Shown here: positions 9,658 through 20,300 of the stretch, one piece after another
How the letters are laid out: each line of letters starts with the position of its first letter
Numbering within the stretch: position 1 is the first letter of the stretch
Source of the DNA: Smithellaceae bacterium
GTDB taxonomy: Bacteria; Desulfobacterota; Syntrophia; Syntrophales; Smithellaceae
Direction: 5' to 3'
DNA: 64,000 nucleotides
Assembly (NCBI GenBank): GCA_963667845.2
Contig: CAXXVL010000001.1
Coordinates: 864,001-928,000, forward strand
Position numbers and translations under genes: made by a program
The notes under the pieces: model-generated
Databases searched by the model: none
Told to the model about the DNA's origin: nothing
The model's input: only the letters and a program-made list of their open reading frames with translations

Positions 9658-10374
9658 CTATTTAAAAACTTCCCGAAGCAGGCTTGTCACCCGTGCTTTC
9701 GGATTTGTCCGGATGTTTGTTTCTTCCCTGGCCAGGGTGAAGAAGAGCCCGTCCAGAGCTTTGGACGAAACGTATTGATTCACGTCGAGATTGATGACTT
9801 TTCCGACCAGGGGCAGACTCTGGACCTTGCCGGCGATCGCGTCGTATTGTTCGGTCACCTTATACTGGCGCATGGTCTTGCGGACCGCCGGCTCGAAGAG
9901 CGTCAGCAGCTTGTCGTAGGTTTTCTCTTTGAGATAGTCCGTTGCAGCGGTGTTACCGCCCCTCAGAATCCTGTTGGCGTCGTCGAAGGACATATCCGTG
10001 ATCGCATTGGCAAAGATATCCGCGGCGAGCGGTGCGGCTTTCTCCGCCGCCCTGTTCATGCTGAGAGTAAATTCATCCAGCTCGGGCCCGAAGCCGATGC
10101 CGCGCAAAACGCGTTCGGTCTGCCGGACTTCGTCGGGCAGAAGAATTTTGACGGCCTGGTTGGTGAAATAGCCGTTGTTCTTTCCCAGAGCCGTGACGGC
10201 GTTCTTAATCCCTACATGCAGCGCCTCCTTCAATCCCAGGCCGATTTTACCTTCGCCCGTTTCGGAGGTGCCGGCGCTGTCGAGCGTATCTTTGAGCACA
10301 TCGAGGAGCGAGGCGTGGCTGGATTGACAAAACAAAAGTGCAAAAAAGACGGCGACGATGATCTTTCTTTTCAT
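9658..10374 (-). CDS. DUF4197-family exported protein
   Basis: Signal peptide; GLKEAL, SMNRAAEKA, AATDYL, ALDGLF...IRTNP...LLREVF. Confidence 0.85.
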   Translation of the reverse strand: MKRKIIVAVFFALLFCQSSHASLLDVLKDTLDSAGTSETGEGKIGLGLKEALHVGIKNAVTALGKNNGYFTNQAVKILLPDEVRQTERVLRGIGFGPELDEFTLSMNRAAEKAAPLAADIFANAITDMSFDDANRILRGGNTAATDYLKEKTYDKLLTLFEPAVRKTMRQYKVTEQYDAIAGKVQSLPLVGKVINLDVNQYVSSKALDGLFFTLAREETNIRTNPKARVTSLLREVFK

Positions 10375-10463
10375 AATCTTTTTCTCCGGACACTCTGCAA
10401 TTAACGAAAACTTAATAAAGCCGGGTTGCCAGCCCGTCTTGGCTGATTTATATTTAGTGAGGG

Positions 10464-10492
10464 AGTATAAGAAGGATGCTTTTTGATGTCAA
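10464..10492 (-). promoter_or_regulatory. Sigma70-type promoter for the DUF4197-purD transcript
   Basis: Minus-strand TTGACA-N17-TATACT. Confidence 0.7.
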
Positions 10493-10613
10493 TCGAATAA
10501 TGAAAGCCCGCGATACGCCCGGGGCAAGACGGACGCGGATTGCGCGGTATCTTTTTGGGGATGAATCTGTTAAATGATGAAAAATCTCTATCCGATCAGC
10601 GAGGTAAACGTTA

Positions 10614-11885
10614 TTGGCTTCCGGTTCTGATATAATTATCCTGCTCGTCCTTTTTTTGCTTTCCGGTTTTTTTTCATCGGCGGAGGCGGCGCTTCTGTCG
10701 CTTTCGGATTTACATCTGTATAAAATGAAAGCGGACAATTATCCTTTTCTGAATCCCGTGGTCAAACTGCTCGAGAATCCCAGACGGCTGCTGATCACGG
10801 TGGTGACGAGCAATGAAGCCGTCAATATCAGTATCTCTATTCTTGCCGCATCCCTGTTTATCAGTCTTTTCGGCACCCACGGGCAGTGGATATCCATCGT
10901 CGTGACGTCCGCTGTGCTTTTCCTGGCCGGTGAAGCCATTCCCAAAACGTTCGGTGTAACCTATCCCATGCAGATTTCAGCGGCCGTGTCGCCGCTTCTG
11001 CTTGCCGTTTCCCGCCTGGAATTCCCGATCGTTGCCGCTCTGGAGAAAGTGCCGGGCCTGATTTTAAGAAAGCTGGACCGGCGCAAAACCCGGGATGCTG
11101 ATGTTCTCATGGAAGATGAATTCAAGCATCTTGTTGATGCCGGGAGCCTTGAAGGCGTGGTGGACGAATCTCAAAAGGAGCTGATCAAAACCATCTTTGA
11201 ATCGGGAGACAGGCCGGTAACGGACATCATGATTCCCCGCGTCGATATGTTCTGCCTGGACGTCGATGGGAAGCCGGCGGACATTATCCGGGAGATTGCC
11301 CGCGGCCGGTATGAACGCGTACCGGTATACCGGGACGATCGTGACAACATCATCGGTATCCTTTTTGCACGTGATCTGATGAGCGACACGCTCAGCATCG
11401 GGAAATCAACATCGCTTGCGAAGCTGCTGGCCAGGCCCTACTTTGTCCCGGAGGGAAAAACCATTAATGGTCTGCTTCGCGATTTTCAGGAAAAATCAAT
11501 TCAGATCGCCATCGTGGTAGACGAGTATGGCGGTGTGTCCGGTCTGGTGACGCTCGAAGATATACTGGCCCATTTGTTTGAAGAGGCCTATCACGACGAT
11601 GAGCTGGCGGGTGGTGACTGTGAATTTCTGGATGAGCAGACGATGATCGTCCCCGGCCGGATGCTCATGGAGCAAATCAACGATCTGCTGCACGCCTCTC
11701 TGCCTCAGGATGAGTTCGATACGATTGGCGGCTTCGTTCTGCATTTGTTCGGGAAAGTGCCTGAGCGCGGCGAGACCATTGAATTTGAGAACTTTCGGTT
11801 CCGCATCGAAAGCGTCGGCAAGACCCGAATTATCAAGATCCGGATTGAGAAAGAAAAACAGACACAGACGGTGACCCACTCATGA
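10614..11885 (+). CDS. CNNM/CorC (hemolysin family) protein: DUF21 + CBS pair + CorC
   Basis: SGFFSSAEAA, GEAIPK, IMIPR, VVDEYGG, TIGG motifs; TTG start after GAGG. Confidence 0.9.
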   Translation: MASGSDIIILLVLFLLSGFFSSAEAALLSLSDLHLYKMKADNYPFLNPVVKLLENPRRLLITVVTSNEAVNISISILAASLFISLFGTHGQWISIVVTSAVLFLAGEAIPKTFGVTYPMQISAAVSPLLLAVSRLEFPIVAALEKVPGLILRKLDRRKTRDADVLMEDEFKHLVDAGSLEGVVDESQKELIKTIFESGDRPVTDIMIPRVDMFCLDVDGKPADIIREIARGRYERVPVYRDDRDNIIGILFARDLMSDTLSIGKSTSLAKLLARPYFVPEGKTINGLLRDFQEKSIQIAIVVDEYGGVSGLVTLEDILAHLFEEAYHDDELAGGDCEFLDEQTMIVPGRMLMEQINDLLHASLPQDEFDTIGGFVLHLFGKVPERGETIEFENFRFRIESVGKTRIIKIRIEKEKQTQTVTHS

Positions 11886-13186
11886 GTGTTTATTTGATTG
11901 TTGCGATCATATTCGTCTGTCTGTTTCTGGAGGCCCTATATTCCGGAGGAGAAGTCGCTTTATTTTCTTCCGATATCAGCAAAATAAAGTATTATGCGCG
12001 CCAGGGGTCGTCGTCGGCCATTCAGGCTGCCCGGTTAAAAGAGCATCCGGAGTGGTTTATTTCAACGGCTCTGATCGGTACGAATCTGTCGATCATCGTT
12101 GCGTCCACGCTGGTCACGGGTCTTTTGATTGACTGTTTCGGAGCAAAGCAGGGCGAACGGATCGCATTCCTGATCATGTTGCCGACATTGTTTGTGATCA
12201 TCATTGTCCGCAGCATCTTCCAGCACTATCCGGAGTACCTGGCCATCAAAGTTGCCCATTTCATCCATCTGTCTTTCATCGTTTTTTATCCATTGACCTG
12301 GTTTATCGCGGCGGTTTCCAGAGGAGCCGTCAACATTTCATTTGATCAGAAGGTGAAACGCCCCTCTTATATTACGAAGGAGGGCCTGAAATATATTTTA
12401 GGCGAAAAGACGGAAGGCAGCGACATTCTGGCGACCGAAAAGCAGATGGTCAGCCGCGTTTTTGATTTTTCCGAACTCACGGCGGAAAAGATCATGGTTC
12501 CTATTTCCGCGTTGACTGCCGTACCGCAGACGATGTCTATTGATGAAGCGGTCCGGGTTGCCGCGGCAAAAAAATATATGCGTATTCCCGTCTATTCGGA
12601 TACGGTTTACAATATCGTCGGCATACTGCATTATTTCGATCTCCTGGATGTGCTGCTGAAACAACAGGCGGTTCCTGCGGAAGCGTCCGGTGTGTCCAGC
12701 GTTCGCGATTGCATGCGTACGGATGTATTTTTTGTTCCGGAAACGAAGAAGGCCGGCTCGCTTTTGATGGATATGCAGCAAAAACGCGAGCACATGGCCG
12801 TTGTGGTCGATGAGTACGGCGGTGCGGTCGGCATTGTGACCATGGAGGACATCGGAGAGGAGATTGTCGGAAGTATCGATAAGGAATACAACGCAGGCGA
12901 AAAGCTCTACAAAAAAATAGCTCCCGGACGGTATTTGATCAATGGCCGGATGAAAATCGACGATCTGAATCAAATCTTGTTGACAAGAGTGCCCGAGGGC
13001 AATTATGAAACCCTCGGCGGGTTTCTGATTGAGCAGGCGGGCAGAATTCCGCTGGGCCGCGAAAAAATAGAATTTCAGGGCATGATCTTCATTATCGAAA
13101 ATGCCGATCAGAAATCCATCAGGGAAGTCCTGGTCATTTTACCGTCCGAGACCGAAGGGCCGTGGACGTCAACCAAAGTGAGGTAA
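11882..13186 (+). CDS. Second CNNM/CorC (hemolysin family) protein
   Basis: YSGGEVA, IMVP, VVDEYGG, EEIVG, YETLGG; 4-nt overlap with the first paralog. Confidence 0.9.
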   Translation: MSVYLIVAIIFVCLFLEALYSGGEVALFSSDISKIKYYARQGSSSAIQAARLKEHPEWFISTALIGTNLSIIVASTLVTGLLIDCFGAKQGERIAFLIMLPTLFVIIIVRSIFQHYPEYLAIKVAHFIHLSFIVFYPLTWFIAAVSRGAVNISFDQKVKRPSYITKEGLKYILGEKTEGSDILATEKQMVSRVFDFSELTAEKIMVPISALTAVPQTMSIDEAVRVAAAKKYMRIPVYSDTVYNIVGILHYFDLLDVLLKQQAVPAEASGVSSVRDCMRTDVFFVPETKKAGSLLMDMQQKREHMAVVVDEYGGAVGIVTMEDIGEEIVGSIDKEYNAGEKLYKKIAPGRYLINGRMKIDDLNQILLTRVPEGNYETLGGFLIEQAGRIPLGREKIEFQGMIFIIENADQKSIREVLVILPSETEGPWTSTKVR

Positions 13187-13191
13187 AGATA

Positions 13192-13951
13192 TTGATCAAC
13201 AGAGATGAATTTTGTGCGCTCATTTTGGCGGCGGGGAAGGGCACCCGCATGAAATCGGATATGGCCAAAGTGCTTCACGTTCTGGAAGGCAGGCCTTTAT
13301 TGTATTATTCCATTGAGGCGGCAAGACTCGCGGGGTGCGCAAAAAGTTATTGTGATCGTCGGCCATCAGTCGGAGTGTGTCAGGGAGGCTTTCCCCGACC
13401 CCGACCTGGTTTTTGTGGAGCAAAAGCCGCAACTGGGGACCGGGCATGCCGTTATGCAAGCCGCACCCGTCCTCAAAGACTACCGGGGGCTGACGGTTAT
13501 TCTCTGCGGTGACGTGCCGCTTCTCACGGCGGAAACGATCCGGTCGCTGATTAAGAATCATCAAAGCGCCGGGGCCGCCGTAACCGTGCTGACGACTGAA
13601 CCTCCCGGACCGCACGCATACGGCCGCATTGTGAAAAATGAACAAGGCGACATTCTGAAGATCGTCGAACATCGGGACGCAACGGAGGCCCAGAGGGAAA
13701 TTCTCGAAATCAATACGGGCATCTATTGCGTCGATACGGCATTTTTATTTGCGGCTCTGGCGCAGATCAAGAACGATAACCGGCAGAAAGAGTATTATCT
13801 GACGGACATTGTGGAAATTGCCCGCCTGGAAGGCGCCAAGGCCCATGCCTTTCTGACGACCGATTATGTTGAAGTGATGGGCATCAATACGCTCGAAGAA
13901 CTGGCAAAAGCGGGAGAATATCTTCGAAAATCAACATCAGGGCGGGCTTGA
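13192..13951 (+). pseudogene. glmU: GlmU N-terminal (uridylyltransferase) domain protein, interrupted by a +1 frameshift near 13332-13335
   Basis: Frame 1 has [12 protein letters not shown]...KVLH; the second frame continues with [42 protein letters not shown]. Removing one G from gcGGGGtgcg joins them. May be a sequencing error. Confidence 0.75.
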
Positions 13952-13954
13952 TTT

Positions 13955-14944
13955 GTGTCCGATGTCATCCGTCTCCTTCAAGGTAAAGTGCTTTTGGCGC
14001 CACTCGCCGGCATTTCGAATTTGCCGTTTCGGTTGACGGCCCGGCTGTTCGGCTGCGATTTGTGCTACTCCGAAATGATCAGCGCCAACGGCCTGATCCG
14101 TGAATCAATCAAAACAATTGAATATCTAAAGACAACGCCTGCGGATCGGCCCCTGGGTATCCAGCTCTTCGGCGCTGATCCGGCCGTGATGAGCGAGGCG
14201 GCGAAAGTTGTTGCCCAGCATCATCCGGATTTAATCGATATCAATATGGGCTGTCCGGTCCGAAAAGTCGTCAAAACCGGTTCCGGAGCCATGCTGCTTC
14301 GCGATCCTGTTCTGGCCGGCCGTATTATAACGGCTGTTGTCAGGACTGCCCGCATCCCGGTGACGGTCAAGATCCGCGCGGGATGGAGCGCCAGTTCCGT
14401 CAATGCCTGTGAAATGGCCAGAATTGCGGAGGATTCAGGCGCTGCCGGCATTATTGTTCACGGCCGGACGGCTGATCAGGGTTTTGCCGGCCATGCGGAC
14501 TGGGACATCATCGCTCGGGTAAAAAAGGCCGTTCAAATTCCGGTCGTCGGTAATGGCGACATCTGGCGGCCCGAGGATGCGCTCAGCATGCTCAGGGAGA
14601 CGGGCTGCGATGCCGTCATGGTGGGCCGGGGCGCACTGGGAAATCCCTGGCTGTTCCGCGGCATTAGGAACCTGTCTTCGGGCATTTCCGGAAACGTTAG
14701 CCCTTCTCTTGCCGAACGGCACGAGGTCATAAAAAATCATTGGGCGATGGAGACCGAAATTTATGGTTCGCGAATTGCAACCAGGACATTCCGTAAACAT
14801 TTGCTGTGGTATACGAAGGGGCTTTCCGGTTCCGGACGCTTTCGGGAAACTGTGGGAAAAATGGCGGACAGTAAGGCCATGCGGGAGGAATTGGACAGGT
14901 ATTTTCAATCGCTTGCAGGTGCGCAAACCGAAATAATGACTTGA
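13955..14944 (+). CDS. dusB: tRNA-dihydrouridine synthase B
   Basis: LAPLAG, IDINMGCP, VTVKIRAG, VHGRT, GNGDI, VMVGRG. Confidence 0.9.
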   Translation: MSDVIRLLQGKVLLAPLAGISNLPFRLTARLFGCDLCYSEMISANGLIRESIKTIEYLKTTPADRPLGIQLFGADPAVMSEAAKVVAQHHPDLIDINMGCPVRKVVKTGSGAMLLRDPVLAGRIITAVVRTARIPVTVKIRAGWSASSVNACEMARIAEDSGAAGIIVHGRTADQGFAGHADWDIIARVKKAVQIPVVGNGDIWRPEDALSMLRETGCDAVMVGRGALGNPWLFRGIRNLSSGISGNVSPSLAERHEVIKNHWAMETEIYGSRIATRTFRKHLLWYTKGLSGSGRFRETVGKMADSKAMREELDRYFQSLAGAQTEIMT

Positions 14945-15029
14945 CATTTCAGTAATGAATCGGCATAAATAAAATCAAATTAGGACAGAATTGCTAACGG
15001 CATTTTTTTAAAAAAGGACTATAAAAATC

Positions 15030-15260
15030 GTGGAAATAGGTAAATTTACAGAGCTTGAAGATAAAATTAAACAAATTGTCAGTGAACAGGTATTTCTTAA
15101 AAAGCAGATTTCAATATTGGAGGAAGCATTAAAAAATAAAGAATTGGAGATAGAAGAATACAAGAGCAAACTTAAAGTATTGGATGAGGAAAGGAACAGC
15201 GTACGCGCAAGGGTGGATTCACTGCTTGATTTACTTGCAGATATACAGGTGGTCAAATAA
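15030..15260 (+). CDS. zapB: Short coiled-coil, ZapB-like cell division protein
   Basis: 76-aa coiled coil (LEDKI...ERNSVRARVDSLL) immediately upstream of zapA. Confidence 0.6.
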   Translation: MEIGKFTELEDKIKQIVSEQVFLKKQISILEEALKNKELEIEEYKSKLKVLDEERNSVRARVDSLLDLLADIQVVK

Positions 15261-15278
15261 GCTTCCAGGGCGTGGGTA

Positions 15279-15557
15279 TTGAAAAAGCGTTACGACATTA
15301 CGATTTTAGGACAAGAACTTGCGGTTTTGAGTGATGCGGGAGATGAACAAGTGGCAAATGTTGTCCGGTGCGTCAATGAAAGAATTGAAGATATTATGCG
15401 GCGAAGCGACGGACTCCGGGCATTGGACGTGGCTATCCTGGCGGCTTTGAACATTACAGAAGATTTCTTGAAATTAAAGGGAGTTAATCAGGACCTGTTT
15501 GATCAAATGGAGCACAGGTCCGAAAAATTGATTCAACTGATTGAAAACGCAAGTTAA
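15279..15557 (+). CDS. zapA: Cell division protein ZapA
   Basis: ITILGQE...VAILAALNI motif; conserved zapA-ssrS-rny synteny. Confidence 0.9.
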   Translation: MKKRYDITILGQELAVLSDAGDEQVANVVRCVNERIEDIMRRSDGLRALDVAILAALNITEDFLKLKGVNQDLFDQMEHRSEKLIQLIENAS

Positions 15558-15571
15558 TTATAAAAGTTTTT

Positions 15572-15761
15572 ACCCCCTGCGATGTGCGTGATTGTCATTT
15601 GTTTTTGAGCCAACACTTTGAACCTGGGGCCTACACTTGTTTGTGGTGTGCATGCCCGCCGAATTCCGCTGGTCGGTGGCGGGAAGCCTGAAACAAACAA
15701 AACCGGGCTCCCACTTATTTAGAAGGTTCAAAATCCTGATTAACACGGCATAGGCGGGGTT
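15572..15761 (+). ncRNA. ssrS: 6S RNA
   Basis: ~190 nt after zapA; paired termini (acccc-ctgcgatgtgcgtg / cacggcataggcggggt), ttgaacct / aggttcaa inner stem flanking a central bubble, gagccaacac segment typical of 6S. Confidence 0.8.
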
Positions 15762-15963
15762 TCTTTTTCCCATCGTCCCTCTTTTACTCATCCATACGCG
15801 GTTTTAAAAAAATTTATAGACAATGAATCCTTCGGCAAGGTGACTCGTCAATGTCTGCCGGAAGGTTTAAATATAATCCTGTTGAAGCTTAGGTCTGTTT
15901 TTCCGGGAAGAAGCAGTTTCGGAAGACGGTCATTTTCAGCGGGATAAACGAGGAGGAAATAAC

Positions 15964-17529
15964 ATGTTAAACGGCGGTTTGTTTGTCCTGTTTATAGTAG
16001 TAGCGGTGTTGGCGGGTGCGGTTGTCGGTTACGTTCTGAAACAAATATTCACCGCAAAGAAAATCAAAGCATCGGAGAGTCTGGCGGCGCGTATCGTCGG
16101 AGAGTCCAAAAAAGAAGCCGAGACGATCAAAAAAGAAGCTATTTTGCAGGCGAAGGAAAATCTGCTGAAGATGAAAGCGGATTTTGATCGAGAGACCAAG
16201 GAAGTTAAGAATGATCTGGAAGGGTTGGAGCGTCGTATTCGTTCCAAGGAAGAAAGTCTGGATAAGCGCATCGACACATTGGGGCAAAAAGAATCCAATA
16301 TCGAAGGGCGCGACAAATCTTTAACACAGAAAGAACATGCCCTGGAAGAAAAACACAAGAGGCTGGATGCCCTGGTGGAAGAGCAAAAAGAGCAATTAGA
16401 GAAAATTGCCGGCATCACCCCTGAGGAGGCAAAAAACATTCTTATTCAATCGATGGAGTCGGAAGCCAAGCGTGACGCGGCGGGGATTGTTCGCAAAATT
16501 GAAGAGGAAGCCAAACTCACGGGTGATCGGAAAGCACGGGAAATTATCGCTTACTCCATTCAGAGATACGCGGGAGACTATGTCGCGGAGCATACGGTGT
16601 CCGTCGTCAATCTTCCCAGTGAAGAAATGAAGGGCCGCATTATCGGGCGCGAAGGCCGCAATATCCGCGCGATTGAGGCGGCGACCGGCATTGATTTGAT
16701 TGTCGACGATACGCCGGAAGCAGTCGTCCTGTCCAGTTTTGATCCGGTGAGGAGGGAAGTCGCCCGCATATCGCTCGAACGGCTTATTCAGGATGGGCGG
16801 ATTCATCCCGGCCGGATTGAGGAAATCGTGAAAAAAGTGGAAAAAGAAGTTGAGCAAATCATCCGGGAGACCGGGGAAAAAGCTTCCTTCGACTGCGGCG
16901 TTCACGACATCCATCCGGAGATCATCAACATGCTGGGCGCGCTCAAATATCGCACCAGCTATTCGCAGAATGTCCTGCAGCACTCCATTGACGTTGCCTA
17001 TCTGACGGGCTTGATGGCCGCCGAACTGAAAATGAACATTAAAGAGGCCAAGCGCGCAGGGCTCTTGCACGACATCGGCAAGGCCGTCGATCATAAAATA
17101 GAAGGGACGCACGCGGCCATCGGCGGCGACTTTGCCAAAAAATTCGGTGAGAATCCGCGCATCGTTCAGGCGATTGCCACGCATCATGACGACGGACGCA
17201 ATAATACGCTGCTGGGCGTATTGGTGCAGGCAGCGGATACGTTGTCGGCAGCCCGACCCGGCGCGCGCCGCGAGATGCTGGAAACATATGTCCAGCGCCT
17301 GGAAGAGCTCGAAAAGATCGCTCACTCTTTTAACGGCGTGGATAAGTGCTTTGCCATTCAGGCCGGCCGCGAAATCCGCATCATGGTAGAGAGCGAAAAG
17401 ATTTCCGATAATGATACCGTCATGCTGTGCAACGACATTATCAAGAAAATTGAAAACGAACTGTCGTATCCCGGACAGATCAAGGTAACGGTCATCCGGG
17501 AGACGCGCGTGTCTAATTTTGCGAAATAG
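15964..17529 (+). CDS. rny: Ribonuclease Y
   Basis: N-terminal TM helix, coiled coil, KH ([13 protein letters not shown]), HD (LLHDIGK), AIQAGREIR. Confidence 0.97.
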   Translation: MLNGGLFVLFIVVAVLAGAVVGYVLKQIFTAKKIKASESLAARIVGESKKEAETIKKEAILQAKENLLKMKADFDRETKEVKNDLEGLERRIRSKEESLDKRIDTLGQKESNIEGRDKSLTQKEHALEEKHKRLDALVEEQKEQLEKIAGITPEEAKNILIQSMESEAKRDAAGIVRKIEEEAKLTGDRKAREIIAYSIQRYAGDYVAEHTVSVVNLPSEEMKGRIIGREGRNIRAIEAATGIDLIVDDTPEAVVLSSFDPVRREVARISLERLIQDGRIHPGRIEEIVKKVEKEVEQIIRETGEKASFDCGVHDIHPEIINMLGALKYRTSYSQNVLQHSIDVAYLTGLMAAELKMNIKEAKRAGLLHDIGKAVDHKIEGTHAAIGGDFAKKFGENPRIVQAIATHHDDGRNNTLLGVLVQAADTLSAARPGARREMLETYVQRLEELEKIAHSFNGVDKCFAIQAGREIRIMVESEKISDNDTVMLCNDIIKKIENELSYPGQIKVTVIRETRVSNFAK

Positions 17530-17553
17530 AATGGGCAAAGATTTGAGTTAGAA

Positions 17554-18339
17554 ATGAAAATTCTTTTTATCGGCGATATTGTGGGTAAGCCGGGGCGCAG
17601 GGCGGTGAAAGAGTTGCTGCCGTCACTGGTCGGCAACCAAGGGATAGACCTGGTCATTGCCAACTGCGAGAATGCTGCCTCCGGTTTTGGTGTTACCCGG
17701 GACATCGTCGAAGAGCTTTATGAAGCACACATCGACATCCTGACGTCCGGTAACCATATCTGGGATAAAAAAGAAGTCCTGGAGTTTATTGATGACTATG
17801 AAACGCTCCTGCGTCCTGCCAACTACCCGGCCATCGTGCCGGGAAAAGGGTCGGTATTGATGCCGACTCCCGCCGGAGACTATGTCGGCGTCCTGAACCT
17901 GGCCGGCCGTATTTTTATGCAACCGATTGACTGCCCGTTTGTTGCGGCCAAAAAAGAAATAGCGCGGCTTAAAGCCAGAACCAATGTCATCATTGTCGAT
18001 ATCCATGCCGAGGCGACGTCGGAGAAAAAAGCCCTGGGCTGGTATCTCGACGGCGAGGTGTCCGCGGTGCTGGGCACGCATACCCATGTGCAGACGGCGG
18101 ATGACGAAGTCCTGCCGGGCGGCACAGCTTATATCAGCGATGCCGGGATGACCGGACCATTCGATTCCGTCATCGGCATCAAAAAAGATACGATCATTGA
18201 AAAATTCTTAAATCAATTACCTAATCGATTTGATGTGGCCAAAGGCGACATCCGCCTGCAGGGAGTCCTCCTGGATATTGATGCGCAAAGCGGTAGAGCC
18301 AACGCCATCGAGAGGATCAGCGTCAAGCTCAACGACTGA
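17554..18339 (+). CDS. ymdB: YmdB/TIGR00282 metallophosphoesterase
   Basis: FIGDIVG, NCEN, SGNH, DIHAEATSEK, GTHTH; follows rny. Confidence 0.92.
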   Translation: MKILFIGDIVGKPGRRAVKELLPSLVGNQGIDLVIANCENAASGFGVTRDIVEELYEAHIDILTSGNHIWDKKEVLEFIDDYETLLRPANYPAIVPGKGSVLMPTPAGDYVGVLNLAGRIFMQPIDCPFVAAKKEIARLKARTNVIIVDIHAEATSEKKALGWYLDGEVSAVLGTHTHVQTADDEVLPGGTAYISDAGMTGPFDSVIGIKKDTIIEKFLNQLPNRFDVAKGDIRLQGVLLDIDAQSGRANAIERISVKLND

Positions 18340-18352
18340 ACGGAGGGACCAG

Positions 18353-19639
18353 ATGAAAAGCGCTTATGAAATTTTAAAGGAAAGAGGTTTTGTCGAACAG
18401 ATTACCGACGAGGCCTTGATTACCGAGCTTTTCGCCAAGGGTCCCGTAACCTGCTACATCGGCTTTGATCCCACCGCCACGAGCCTCCATATCGGCAGCC
18501 TGGTGCCCATCATGGCGCTGGCGCACATGCAGCAAAACGGCAATCGTCCCATTGCGCTGGTGGGCGGCGGTACGGCGATGATTGGCGACCCCAGCGGCAA
18601 GACGGAAATGCGCCAGATTCTTACCCGCGAGCAAATTGATTACAACGCCTCGTGCCTGGGCAGGCAGCTCTCCCAGTATCTCGATTTTTCCGAAGGCCGT
18701 GCGCTGCTTCTGAATAATGCCGACTGGCTTACTAAAATCAACTATATTGAATTCCTGCGCGACATCGGGCGGCATTTCAGTGTGAATAAGATGCTGGCGG
18801 CCGAAAGTTATAAGATCCGGCTGGAGAAGGGGCTCAATTTCATCGAGTTCAATTATATGCTTCTGCAGGGCTACGATTTTCTGTATCTGTTCCAGCATTA
18901 CGGCTGCGGCCTGCAGATGGGCGGCAATGATCAGTGGGGCAATATGCTGGCCGGCACCGAACTGATCCGCAAAGTCGAAGCCAAAGACGCACAGGCTGTT
19001 ACGTTTCCGCTCATTACCACGTCGCTGGGGCAGAAGATGGGCAAGACGGAAAAAGGAACCATCTGGCTCGATGGAACCCTGACGAAGCCTTATGAATACT
19101 ATCAATACTGGGTCAACTGCGACGACGCCGATCTCGAAAGATTCCTCAAACTCTTTACCTATCTGCCGCTTCACGAAATCGCTGTGGTCAAAACGCTTGC
19201 CGACGCGCGGCTGAATATGGCGAAGACGGTTCTGGCCTACGAGGCGACAAAAGTCACCCACGGGGTTGAAGCGGCCAAAGCCGCCTGGCGCGCCTCAATG
19301 GAGGCTTTCCATTCGCGTCCGGTGGACGCCGATCTGTTTCCCGCAAGCGATATTCCGCGCGAAGCTATGCTGGCCGACACGTCCGCCATTCCGCGCTACG
19401 CGGTCTCACGCGGGGACTTGGCAACGGGCCTTTTGATCGCGTCCGCCTGTGCAAAGTCCGGACTCACGCAGTCAATGTCGGAAGCCAAACGCCTGATTGA
19501 GCAGGGCGGGATCTATATCGGCGAGCGGCAGGTCAAATCCGTGGATGAACAGCTGTCACTCGGCGATTTTGGCGGCGGTAATGAACTCCGCCTCCGCAAG
19601 GGAAAGAAAAAATACCTGATTATCGAATTAGGGGACTAG
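18353..19639 (+). CDS. tyrS: Tyrosine-tRNA ligase
   Basis: YIGFDPT, HIGS (HIGH-like), QMGGNDQWGN, KMGKT (KMSKS-like), C-terminal S4 domain; ATG at 18353 after GGAGG. Confidence 0.97.
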   Translation: MKSAYEILKERGFVEQITDEALITELFAKGPVTCYIGFDPTATSLHIGSLVPIMALAHMQQNGNRPIALVGGGTAMIGDPSGKTEMRQILTREQIDYNASCLGRQLSQYLDFSEGRALLLNNADWLTKINYIEFLRDIGRHFSVNKMLAAESYKIRLEKGLNFIEFNYMLLQGYDFLYLFQHYGCGLQMGGNDQWGNMLAGTELIRKVEAKDAQAVTFPLITTSLGQKMGKTEKGTIWLDGTLTKPYEYYQYWVNCDDADLERFLKLFTYLPLHEIAVVKTLADARLNMAKTVLAYEATKVTHGVEAAKAAWRASMEAFHSRPVDADLFPASDIPREAMLADTSAIPRYAVSRGDLATGLLIASACAKSGLTQSMSEAKRLIEQGGIYIGERQVKSVDEQLSLGDFGGGNELRLRKGKKKYLIIELGD

Positions 19640-19673
19640 GCTATAGTCTATTAGACTGTTAGGTTATTTTGTG

Positions 19674-19698
19674 GGGCGCTTTTAGCGCCCGTTTTTTT
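19674..19698 (+). terminator. Intrinsic terminator after tyrS
   Basis: gggcgct-ttt-agcgccc hairpin followed by a T-run. Confidence 0.75.
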
Positions 19699-19730
19699 CT
19701 AATAGTCTATAGCCTAATAGTCTACAGTCT

Positions 19731-20150
19731 TTATAGGAAAGGCAGTGGCTTGTCCAGCCGGTAGACGAGAGATTGGCAGGTGGCCAGAAGGGTTCCGGAG
19801 TCATCCGTGGCGCGAATATCGTAAGCGGCGGTTCTCCTGGTTTTGTTGATTTCTCTGGCCTCCGCAGTCAGCCGTGATCCTTTTGCCGGCGATGCCAGGT
19901 ACGTAATGTTCATGTTGAGGGCCACGGCCATCGTGCCGTGGGAATTGGAAGCCACTTCAAAAGCAGCGTCGATCAGCGAGAAAATGGCTCCGCCGTGCGC
20001 CATGCCGAACATATTTTCCATATCTGCGGTAAAGTGCATCTCCACTCTGGCATAGCCTTCCTGTACATCAACCAGTCTCAGCCCGAACTTCTTGCCAAAG
20101 GGTTCTTTATCGAGCTGTTTAAATATAGCCTTCCTTACGTTTTCGTCCAT
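19731..20150 (-). CDS. PaaI-family hotdog thioesterase
   Basis: NMFGMAHGGAIFSLID motif; 139 aa. Confidence 0.9.
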   Translation of the reverse strand: MDENVRKAIFKQLDKEPFGKKFGLRLVDVQEGYARVEMHFTADMENMFGMAHGGAIFSLIDAAFEVASNSHGTMAVALNMNITYLASPAKGSRLTAEAREINKTRRTAAYDIRATDDSGTLLATCQSLVYRLDKPLPFL

Positions 20151-20208
20151 GATTGCCCCTCGAAGATAAGATGCAGGAGCATATATATATGATCGATGAT
20201 GTTCATGT

Positions 20209-20240
20209 CAAAAGAAAAGGGCCTCCTTGGGGGAGGCCCT
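20209..20240 (-). terminator. Intrinsic terminator after the ABC substrate-binding gene
   Basis: agggcctcc/ggaggccct stem with a T-run on the minus strand. Confidence 0.7.
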
Positions 20241-20300
20241 GATTGATGCTGATTCGCGGTCATTTGAATCTGTTAATGCGTTGACCGTCAGACTGGCACT

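Noticed and set aside
18230..18352. N-terminal extension or T-box leader of tyrS
   Set aside because: Overlaps ymdB; RBS and homology support the ATG at 18353, and only 13 nt separate the genes.
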